A stretch of 39,464 nucleotides of DNA from Vicinamibacterales bacterium (GTDB lineage: Bacteria > Acidobacteriota > Vicinamibacteria > Vicinamibacterales > CAVVIG01): assembly GCA_046596625.1 (NCBI GenBank), contig JBKJMH010000153.1:1-39464 (forward strand). Direction: 5' to 3'. The notes beneath the pieces are model-generated. The model was given only the letters and a program-made list of their open reading frames with translations. It was not told where the DNA came from and made no database searches. Shown in pieces: positions 8,040-15,923 of the stretch. How positions within the stretch are numbered: position 1 is the stretch's first letter; the number at the start of each line of letters is the position of its first letter. The translations under genes were made by a program, and so were the position numbers.

Positions 8040-9469
8040 GACGTCGCCTCTGTCACGCGGGGCGTGCTGACTCGGCGGTCGAGCAGTGCCACCAACTGGT
8101 CGGGCACGCTCGCGATGGAGCCGGCACCGAGCGTAATCACCACATCACCGGGCTGTGCCAGTCGCGCCAGGGCAGGCGCGACGTCAGCCAGACGGGGAAC
8201 CACGTCGACCGGTGCGGCAATCTGCGTCCGGATGCGCGCGGCGAGCGCAGCGAGCGTCACGCCGGGAATGACGTCCTCGCCTGCAGCATAGATGTCAGTC
8301 AGGACGACCACGTCGGCACCCGCCATCGAGGGCCCGAAGGCATCGAACAACGCCTGCGTCCGGGAGAACCGATGTGGCTGGAACGCAATCACGATCCGCC
8401 GGTTCAGCGCGCGGGCCGCTGCGAGCACGGCAGCAATTTCGGTCGGGTGATGGCCGTAGTCGTCCACGACCAGGATGCCGCGCGGTTCGCCGCGAACATC
8501 GAAGCGGCGTTCCGCCCCCTTGAACTCGTTCAGCCCCGGTGCCATCCGCTCGAACGGAATGCCCAGTTCCAGGCCCACCGCGACGGTGGCCAACGCGTTC
8601 AGCAAGTTGTGATGCCCGGGCACGTTCAGCTCCAGGTGCCCCAGTGTGGCGAGCGTCATCTCCGCATCGTCCGAACGACGGGCGCGACGCTTGACGGTGG
8701 CCGTCACACGCATCGGCCCGAGGACGACGTCGGTGGCCGTCACGTCGGCCGCGTCGGATATGCCGTAGGTCACGACACGCCGGGTCATCCGCCCAGTCAC
8801 GGCAGCGAGATGGGCGTCGTCGGCACAGCAGACCACGGCGCCGAAGAAAGGCACCTTGTTGGCGAAGTCGACGAACGCTTGTCGGAGATCGTCGAAACTG
8901 CCGTAGTTCTCCAGGTGTTCGTAGTCGATGTTCGTAATCACCGCCACCGTGGGCAACAGTTTCAGGAACGACCGATCGCTCTCGTCGGCCTCGGCCACCA
9001 TCAGTTCTCCGCGTCCAAGCCGGGCGTTGCTGCCGAACGCGCTCAGGCGTCCGCCAATCACTGCCGTCGGGTCGAGTCCCGCTCGCTCAAGCGCGAGCGC
9101 GATCATCGACGTCGTCGTGGTCTTGCCGTGCGCACCCGCCACTGCGATGGCGTACCGCAGCCGCATCAGTTCGGCCAGCATCTCCGCCCGGGGAATCACC
9201 GGAATCTCGCGTCGGGTTGCCTCGACCACTTCCGGGTTCGTCGACTTCACAGCCGACGAGATCACCACGACATCAGCGCTGCCGACGTGCTGCGCGGCAT
9301 GACCGATGTGCACCGTGGCGCCGAGCGACTGCAGGCGATCGGTGACGGCAGACTGCTTCTCGTCCGAGCCGGTCACCACGTACTCGAGGTTGGCGAGCAA
9401 CTCGGCGATCCCGCTCATGCCGCTACCGCCAATGCCGACGAAGTGAACGCGGCGCGTCCGTCCTAGCAC
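8036..9469 (-). CDS. murC: UDP-N-acetylmuramate--L-alanine ligase
   Basis: VHFVGIGGSGMSGIAELL N-terminus and GAHGKTTTTSM P-loop, a Mur ligase architecture. GTG start with GGAGGG upstream. Confidence 0.95.
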   Translation of the reverse strand: MLGRTRRVHFVGIGGSGMSGIAELLANLEYVVTGSDEKQSAVTDRLQSLGATVHIGHAAQHVGSADVVVISSAVKSTNPEVVEATRREIPVIPRAEMLAELMRLRYAIAVAGAHGKTTTTSMIALALERAGLDPTAVIGGRLSAFGSNARLGRGELMVAEADESDRSFLKLLPTVAVITNIDYEHLENYGSFDDLRQAFVDFANKVPFFGAVVCCADDAHLAAVTGRMTRRVVTYGISDAADVTATDVVLGPMRVTATVKRRARRSDDAEMTLATLGHLELNVPGHHNLLNALATVAVGLELGIPFERMAPGLNEFKGAERRFDVRGEPRGILVVDDYGHHPTEIAAVLAAARALNRRIVIAFQPHRFSRTQALFDAFGPSMAGADVVVLTDIYAAGEDVIPGVTLAALAARIRTQIAAPVDVVPRLADVAPALARLAQPGDVVITLGAGSIASVPDQLVALLDRRVSTPRVTEATS

Positions 9470-9547
9470 GTGCCCTCCATTCCTGCGTCTGCCTTCATCG
9501 GCTGCCTCACCACGTCACCATGTCCACCGCTGCCAGTCCATCTGCGC

Positions 9548-10639
9548 CTAACGTCCAACCAGCGCAACTGCACGGTCGACGATCACGCGGGCCGCATCCG
9601 GCCGCGCCAGCGCCCGGGCCGCCGCGCTCATGCGCGTTCTGGCTTCCGCGTCGTTCAGCAGGCTGGCGATGCGGTCGGCTAGCGCCGGCCCCGTCGCGTC
9701 CTGCTGCAGCATCACTTCCGCGGCACCCGTCGATGCCAGCGCCTCGGCGTTCTTGCGCTGGTGGTCGTCGGTGGCGGTCGGCAGCGGAATTAGGATCGAC
9801 GGCTTTCCAGCTGCTGTCAGTTCCGCCAACGTCGTTGCCCCCGCGCGGCAGACCGCGAGGTCCGCCTGCCCGAGCCGTACGCCCATGTCGTAGAGGAATG
9901 CTTCGACCGTCGCCGTCAGGCCGGCCGCCGCATACCCCTGTCGCACCATCTCCACATCTCGCTCACCGGTCTGATGGGTGATTCGCAATGCACGACCCAA
10001 CCTGGCCAGCGCAGGAGCCGCCGCCACCATGGCGACGTTGATCGCATGCGCGCCCTGTGACCCGCCGAAGACCAGCAGGTGCACGCCTGGCTCGCGCGCG
10101 CCCGCCCCTGCCTCCTGTCGATCCAGGAACTCCGCCCGCACCGGGTTCCCACTCACGAACGCCGTGCTCCCGAAGAAGCTCCGCGTCGACTCGTAGGTCA
10201 CCGCCGCGGCTTTCACCACTCGCCCCAGCAGCCGGTTCGTCAGCCCCGGCACCGCGTTCTGCTCCAGCAGCATCGTCGGCACGCCGCGCATCGCCGCCGT
10301 CAGCACCACGGGACCCGAGCTGTAGCCGCCGACACCGATCACCAGGTCGGGCCGCCGCCGCGACACGATGCGCCAGGCATCGCGCATGCCGAGCGGGATC
10401 AACGACGCGCCGCGGGCGCGGTCGGCCATCGACTTCCCCTTCAATCCGCCGCTCCGAATCGTGTCCAGCTCGAACCCTTCACGAGGTACGACCCTGAACT
10501 CGATGCCCTGCTCCGTCCCCGCGAACGTCACCGTCGAGCCTGGACGCCGCGTCAGCAGTTCCCGCGCAACTGCGACGCCCGGGTAAAGATGTCCACCTGT
10601 CCCGCCACCGGCGATCACCACGCGGAGTCCCCTGCGCAT
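9548..10639 (-). CDS. murG: undecaprenyldiphospho-muramoylpentapeptide beta-N-acetylglucosaminyltransferase
   Basis: VVIAGGGTGGHLYPG N-terminal motif, GGYSSGPV, and the C-terminal DDHQRKNAEAL motif typical of MurG. Confidence 0.95.
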   Translation of the reverse strand: MRRGLRVVIAGGGTGGHLYPGVAVARELLTRRPGSTVTFAGTEQGIEFRVVPREGFELDTIRSGGLKGKSMADRARGASLIPLGMRDAWRIVSRRRPDLVIGVGGYSSGPVVLTAAMRGVPTMLLEQNAVPGLTNRLLGRVVKAAAVTYESTRSFFGSTAFVSGNPVRAEFLDRQEAGAGAREPGVHLLVFGGSQGAHAINVAMVAAAPALARLGRALRITHQTGERDVEMVRQGYAAAGLTATVEAFLYDMGVRLGQADLAVCRAGATTLAELTAAGKPSILIPLPTATDDHQRKNAEALASTGAAEVMLQQDATGPALADRIASLLNDAEARTRMSAAARALARPDAARVIVDRAVALVGR

Positions 10640-10645
10640 TCCACG

Positions 10646-11746
10646 TCAGGCCGGCGTCGAGGCGTGCCGCGACACATTCAGCAGCACCCCCATGCCGAGC
10701 AGGTTGATCAGTAGCGACGAACCGCCCGCGCTCAGGAACGGCAGCGGGATCCCTTTCGTCGGCATCATCCCCAGCACGACACTGATGTTCACCAGCGCCT
10801 GCACGGCAATCATCGTCGTCAGGCCGAGGGCCAGGAACGACCCGAACGTGTCGGGGGCGTTCAGGGCCACGCGCAGCCCGCGCCACGTGATCACACAGAA
10901 GCAAATGAGCACGGCGGTGGCGCCAATCAGCCCGAGTTCTTCCGAAATCACCGCGTAGATGAAGTCCGAGTGCGGCTCGGGCAGGTAGAACAACTTCTGG
11001 ACGCCCTGCATGAGGCCACGTCCGGTCACTCCGCCGGTGCCCACGGCGATCAGCGACTGAATCAGCTGGAAGCCATCGCCGAGCGGGTCTTCCCACGGAT
11101 TGAGAAAAGCGAACAGGCGCCGGCGCCGGTAGTCGGCACCGAACATGATGAGTGCGGCGAGGGGCAGGAGCGTGAGTCCGGCCGCGGCCACGTATACGTA
11201 GCTCAGGCCCGCGGAGAACACCATCACCCCCGCGATGAGCGCCAGCGACATCGACGTCCCGAAGTCGGGCTCGAGCAGGATGAGCCCGACGAGCGCACCC
11301 ACCACCAGTCCGATCGGCAGCAGCGAGTAGCCGATGTCGTTGATGCGCGTGATGCGACGCTCGAGCATCGAGGCCACAAAGAAGATGGCGGCCAGCTTCG
11401 CGAGTTCGGATGGTTGAATGCCCAGGCCTCCGATGCTGAACCACCGGCGGGCGTTGTTGATCGGCGGGCTGAACAGCACGGCCACCAGCGCCAGGCCGAC
11501 GAACCCGAGGCAGGCCCAGATGAACTTATCCTGCTTGTAGAGCCGATAGTCGACGCCCATGGCGACCCACAGCACCGCCAGCCCCATGAACGCCCACATG
11601 GTCTGCTTCATCAGGAACATGTACGGCTGTTGGTAGCGCTCCATGGCGATGACAGCCGACGCGCTCCAGACCATGATGATGCTCAGGCAGACGAGTCCCA
11701 CCGTCGCCAGAAACAGCACCCGGTCGGATTTGAGTTTTCTCGCCAT
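10646..11746 (-). CDS. ftsW: lipid II polymerase/flippase FtsW (SEDS family)
   Basis: Polytopic SEDS protein with motifs QPSELAKL, AEPDFGT-like EPDFGTS, HSDFIYAVISEELG, GIPLPFLSAGGSS. dcw position between murD and murG. AGGAA SD before the ATG. Confidence 0.93.
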   Translation of the reverse strand: MARKLKSDRVLFLATVGLVCLSIIMVWSASAVIAMERYQQPYMFLMKQTMWAFMGLAVLWVAMGVDYRLYKQDKFIWACLGFVGLALVAVLFSPPINNARRWFSIGGLGIQPSELAKLAAIFFVASMLERRITRINDIGYSLLPIGLVVGALVGLILLEPDFGTSMSLALIAGVMVFSAGLSYVYVAAAGLTLLPLAALIMFGADYRRRRLFAFLNPWEDPLGDGFQLIQSLIAVGTGGVTGRGLMQGVQKLFYLPEPHSDFIYAVISEELGLIGATAVLICFCVITWRGLRVALNAPDTFGSFLALGLTTMIAVQALVNISVVLGMMPTKGIPLPFLSAGGSSLLINLLGMGVLLNVSRHASTPA

Positions 11747-11783
11747 GGTTCCTAAAGCTCAGCTCGAGAAGTTCCGAGAATTC

Positions 11784-11907
11784 GTGAGCGGTCAGCAGTC
11801 ATCAGTCGGCCTCGGATGAAGGCACCAGCTTCGCAGACCGGGGCAGCCTGCGTTCCCAGCAGCCAATCCTTCGTCGCGAAACCGACTGATGACAGCTCAC
11901 CGCTCAC
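11784..11907. repeat. large inverted repeat: 26-bp arms (24/26 complementary) around a 72-nt spacer, in the murD-ftsW intergenic gap
   Basis: Arm 1 is GTGAGCGGTCAGCAGTCATCAGTCGG (11784-11809). The reverse complement of arm 2 (11882-11907) is GTGAGCGGTGAGCTGTCATCAGTCGG. It lies inside an unusual 204-nt non-coding gap in an otherwise overlapping operon. Confidence 0.85.
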
Positions 11908-11950
11908 GGCTGTCAACGATGCCCGGCGCACGCCGGGCCCTGCACACGCT

Positions 11951-13333
11951 CTACGTACGGCTCTCGACGAGCCGCTGCACCGCTGCCTTGAAGCGTGCTC
12001 CGCGGTCCGCGTAATCGCGGAACATGTCGAAGCTCGCACAGGCCGGCGCCAGCACCACCACTCCCGACGGACGCGCCAGCTCGAATGCCGTCGCCACCGC
12101 TTCCTCCATCGACTCGGCGTCGCGCACCTCGATGACATCCTCGAGTGCGTTCCGCACCAGTGCCTTCGCCTCGCCAATGGCGACCACACCTTTGCCGCGA
12201 CTACCAATCGGTGTCCGCAGTAATCGCAGATCGCCGCCCTTGAACTTGCCGCCGACAATGGCGACCACGCCCGACTCGAAGCTCTCGATGGAGCGGACGG
12301 CCGCCTCCACATTCGTCGCCTTCGAGTCGTTTACGAAACGGACACCCCGGAACTCGGTCACCAGTTCCATCGCGTGCTCGAGCCCACCGAACGATGCCAC
12401 CGCCACCGTCATTGCTGCGGCGGTGGCCCCCGCAATCGATGCCACCGTCGCCGCCGCCATCACGTCGTCGATCAGGTGCGCCCCCAGAAGCCGGATGCTC
12501 GATACCGGCACGAGCCGCTCCGACCGACAACCTTGCCGGCTGACGATCCAGCCGCCTTCCACCACCGTTCCGTCCGCGACGCTGCCCCTCCGCGAGAAGA
12601 GCCGCCGCGTGGCCTTCGTGTTCGCCGCCAGCTGCATCGCCGGCTCGTCGTCCGCATTGAGGACGGCGATGTCGGTCACCTGCTGGTTCTCGAACACGCG
12701 CGCTTTGGCCCCTGCATAGGCCTCCACTGTGTGATGGCGATCCAGGTGGTCGGGTGAGAAGTTCAACATCACCGCCACCCAGGGCCTGAACTGCTCGATC
12801 TGTTCCAGCTGAAAGCTGCTCACCTCGATGACATGCAGCGTGTCAGCGGTCGACTCGTCGACCTGCGCGCTGATTGGCGCGCCGATGTTGCCTCCCACCG
12901 TCACCAGGAATCCGGCCTGCCGCAGCATCTCGCCCGTCAGCGCGGTGGTCGTCGACTTGCCCTTCGTTCCCGTAATCGCGATCACGCGGCCCTTCAGCCA
13001 CCTGAACGCCAGCTCCACTTCGCCAATCACCGGCACACCCGCCGCTCGTGCCGCGGCGATGGCCGGAATCTCCGGCGGCACTCCCGGGCTCATCACGATC
13101 AGCTCGGCTCCGGTGAAGGTGCCGTCCGTATGACCGCCCAGTTCCAGTGCCACTCCGGCGGCCCGCAGCCTCGCGGCATCGGCTTCCGCCAAGTCCGGTC
13201 GCGCGTCGGACAGCGTGACCCGGCCGCCGCGCCGCGCCAGCAGTTCGGCCGCGGCGATTCCGCTACGCGCCGCCCCGACCACCGTGACGCGCTGGCCGCT
13301 GACCGTGAACACCGCGTGGCGCGTCTCGCTCAC
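11951..13333 (-). CDS. murD: UDP-N-acetylmuramoylalanine--D-glutamate ligase
   Basis: VTVVGAARSGIAAAELL Rossmann-like N-terminus and ITGTKGKSTTTAL P-loop. Start set at the GTG (codon 29 of the ORF) that overlaps the mraY stop as GTGA. Confidence 0.9.
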   Translation of the reverse strand: MSETRHAVFTVSGQRVTVVGAARSGIAAAELLARRGGRVTLSDARPDLAEADAARLRAAGVALELGGHTDGTFTGAELIVMSPGVPPEIPAIAAARAAGVPVIGEVELAFRWLKGRVIAITGTKGKSTTTALTGEMLRQAGFLVTVGGNIGAPISAQVDESTADTLHVIEVSSFQLEQIEQFRPWVAVMLNFSPDHLDRHHTVEAYAGAKARVFENQQVTDIAVLNADDEPAMQLAANTKATRRLFSRRGSVADGTVVEGGWIVSRQGCRSERLVPVSSIRLLGAHLIDDVMAAATVASIAGATAAAMTVAVASFGGLEHAMELVTEFRGVRFVNDSKATNVEAAVRSIESFESGVVAIVGGKFKGGDLRLLRTPIGSRGKGVVAIGEAKALVRNALEDVIEVRDAESMEEAVATAFELARPSGVVVLAPACASFDMFRDYADRGARFKAAVQRLVESRT

Positions 13334-14415
13334 CGCAGCTTCAGCGTGGTCAGGCTGAAGAGCGCGAAGATGATCCCGACGATCACAAACCGCGCGTAGA
13401 CCTTTGGCTCGCTCCACCCGATCAACTCGAAGTGATGGTGCAGCGGCGCCATCCTGAAGACGCGCTTTCCCGTCAACTTGAACGACGCTACCTGGATGAC
13501 CACCGACAGCGCCTCGGCGACGAACACGCCGCCCACGACGACGAGCAGCAGTTCCTGCTTGATGAGCGTGGCGACTGTGGCGATCGCGGCCCCGAGCGCC
13601 AGCGAGCCAACGTCACCCATGAAGATTTCAGCGGGGTAGGCGTTGTACCAGAGGAATCCGAGCGATGCCCCGACCAGCGCTCCGCAGAACACGGTCAGTT
13701 CGGCTGACTGCGGAAACCGCACCAGCAGCAGGTAGTCGGCCAGCACCCGGTGCCCGGTCACGTAGGCCAGCGCGGTGAGAGTGGCCGCCGCAATCGCGAA
13801 CGTGCTGATTGCGAGACCGTCGAGCCCGTCGGTCAGGTTCACCGCGTTCGACCACGCCACGAGCACGAACACCACGAACGGCAGGTAGAACCAGCCCAGG
13901 TCCGGGATGAGGCGCTTGAAGAACGGGAAGATGAGGCGCGTGTTGTACGCCCCCTGTTCCTGCAGCATCATCAGCACGATGCCGACGACCAGCGCCACGG
14001 CGATCTGCCACCCCATCTTGTAGCGTGGCAGCAGGCCGTGATGGTTGCGGCGCACGATCTTCAGGTAGTCGTCGGCGAAGCCGATCGCACCAAATGCCGC
14101 TGTGGTCAGCACGGCAATCCACACGTAGGCATTCGTGAGGTCGGTCCAGAGCAGCGTCGGGACGAGGGCCGCCGCCAGGATGAGCAGTCCGCCCATGGTC
14201 GGCGTGCCGGCCTTGGCGCGGTGGCTCTGCGGGCCTTCCTGCCGAATCACCTGTCCGATCTGGAATTCGCGCAGGCGACGTACCAGCCACGGACCGAGCA
14301 GCAGGCTGATGGCCAGGGCCGACAGGCTCGCGGCGGCTGTACGGAACGTGATGTAGCGAATGACGTTCAGCACGCCGAACTGCGTGTGGAACGGATAGAG
14401 GAACTGCAGCAGCAC
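13330..14415 (-). CDS. mraY: phospho-N-acetylmuramoyl-pentapeptide transferase
   Basis: Polytopic protein with GTPTMGG, NAVNLTDGLDGLA, FMGDVGSLALG and APLHHHFE motifs diagnostic of MraY. Confidence 0.96.
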   Translation of the reverse strand: MLLQFLYPFHTQFGVLNVIRYITFRTAAASLSALAISLLLGPWLVRRLREFQIGQVIRQEGPQSHRAKAGTPTMGGLLILAAALVPTLLWTDLTNAYVWIAVLTTAAFGAIGFADDYLKIVRRNHHGLLPRYKMGWQIAVALVVGIVLMMLQEQGAYNTRLIFPFFKRLIPDLGWFYLPFVVFVLVAWSNAVNLTDGLDGLAISTFAIAAATLTALAYVTGHRVLADYLLLVRFPQSAELTVFCGALVGASLGFLWYNAYPAEIFMGDVGSLALGAAIATVATLIKQELLLVVVGGVFVAEALSVVIQVASFKLTGKRVFRMAPLHHHFELIGWSEPKVYARFVIVGIIFALFSLTTLKLR

Positions 14416-14417
14416 GG

Positions 14418-15923
14418 CTAGCTCGCCCCCTGCGCGGCGCGGCGATGGGCAAGTGCCGCCTGCGCCTCCAGCACATCGTCGAAGGGGAGCGTCAGCGCGC
14501 CGATCACCTGGTACTTCTCGTGCCCTTTGCCGACCACCAGCACAAGGTCGCCAGGGGCGGCGCTTCGCACGGCCTCCGCGATGGCCTCGTGCCGGTCGAC
14601 AATGGCGGTCACACGCTGGGCGCCGATCTTCTTCGTGTCCGGCGTGATGCCGCGCTGGATCTCTTCGATGATGCGGGCGGGGTCTTCGCTGCGCGGGTTG
14701 TCGGAGGTGATCAGGATGACGTCGCTGAGACGTCCAGCGACCACGCCCATCAACGGACGCTTGGTGCGGTCGCGGTCGCCGCCGCAGCCGAACACCGTGA
14801 TGATCCGTCCCGCCGCGAGCGGACGCGCCGTCTCGAGGAGATTGCGCAACGCATCGTCGGTGTGCGCGTAGTCGACGACGACGGTGATGTCGTCCGCGGG
14901 CGCCGACACCACCTGGAAGCGTCCGGGCACCGCGTCGAGCGAGGCGATGCCACGCTCGATGGCGTCAGTCGGAATGTCGAGCGCCACGGCGGTGGCGACC
15001 GCCGCCAGGATGTTGTAGACGTTCGGACGGCCGACCAGCGACGAGCGCATGGCCATCGGGCCGCGCGGCGTCCGCACCTCGAACGACAGGCCCTGAAGTG
15101 AGTACGACAGCGGGGCCGGGCTCACGTCTGCCGGCCGGTTGATCCCGTAGGTCAGGCTGCGACCCGACGTGTCGATGAGCGAGGCCGCACGCGGATCGTC
15201 GGCGTTGATGATGGCCGGCTGGTCGCGCGGCAGCAGTTCGAACAGGCGGCGCTTGGCCTGGAAGTAGTCCTCCATGTCGGCATGGAAGTCCAGGTGATCG
15301 CGGGTCAGGTTCGTGAAGATCGCCGCGGCGAAGGTCATGCCGTCAACCCGGCGCAGCGCCAACGCATGCGACGAGACCTCCATGACGCACGCACCGCAAC
15401 CGCTCGCCACCATCTCGGCCAAGAGCGCCTGCACGTCGGTGGCCTCCGGGGTCGTCCGCGTCGCTTCGCGCACGTCCGGACCGATGTGATACGCCACCGT
15501 CCCGAGCAGGCCACAGCGCACACCGGCCGCTTCGAAAATCGACGCCATCAGATAGGCGGTTGTGGTCTTGCCGTTGGTGCCGGTAATGCCCACCACCTGC
15601 ATGCGGCGGCTCGGATCGCCGTGCACCTCGACGGCGAGCAGCGCCAGCGCCAGACGGGCGTCGCTGACCTGCGCCCACGGCACCACCGTGCCAGCCGGGG
15701 CGGCTTCCTGCGACACCACCGCCGCGGCGCCACGCCCGATCGCCTGCGCCACGAAGGTTGTGCCGTCGGCGTGCTGACCACGGAGGGCCACGAAGACGTG
15801 GCCGGGCTCGACACGACGCGAGTCGTGCGAGACGCCGGTTATCACGACCGACGGTGACGCCACGGGAGCCGACATCGTCAGCTGCCGGTCGCGCAGGCGT
15901 TCGTAGAGGTGCGCCCAGGTCAT
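14418..15923 (-). CDS. murE: UDP-N-acetylmuramoyl-L-alanyl-D-glutamate--2,6-diaminopimelate ligase
   Basis: VSHDSRRVEPGHVFVAL, GITGTNGKTTT, and the TSDNPRSEDP (DNPR) motif associated with meso-DAP specificity. Confidence 0.95.
   Translation of the reverse strand: MTWAHLYERLRDRQLTMSAPVASPSVVITGVSHDSRRVEPGHVFVALRGQHADGTTFVAQAIGRGAAAVVSQEAAPAGTVVPWAQVSDARLALALLAVEVHGDPSRRMQVVGITGTNGKTTTAYLMASIFEAAGVRCGLLGTVAYHIGPDVREATRTTPEATDVQALLAEMVASGCGACVMEVSSHALALRRVDGMTFAAAIFTNLTRDHLDFHADMEDYFQAKRRLFELLPRDQPAIINADDPRAASLIDTSGRSLTYGINRPADVSPAPLSYSLQGLSFEVRTPRGPMAMRSSLVGRPNVYNILAAVATAVALDIPTDAIERGIASLDAVPGRFQVVSAPADDITVVVDYAHTDDALRNLLETARPLAAGRIITVFGCGGDRDRTKRPLMGVVAGRLSDVILITSDNPRSEDPARIIEEIQRGITPDTKKIGAQRVTAIVDRHEAIAEAVRSAAPGDLVLVVGKGHEKYQVIGALTLPFDDVLEAQAALAHRRAAQGAS

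Noticed and set aside
11752-12312. 186-aa minus-strand ORF (and plus-strand ORF 11816-12223) crossing the murD-ftsW gap
   Set aside because: Most of each ORF overlaps the murD 3' region out of frame. The part inside the gap codes only ~60 residues of Arg/Ser/Ala-rich sequence with no SD. The inverted repeat explains the region better.
13334-13417. 28-codon upstream extension of murD overlapping the end of mraY
   Set aside because: The GTG that overlaps the mraY stop gives the usual MurD N-terminus and the same coupling pattern seen at the other dcw junctions. The extension has no homology value.
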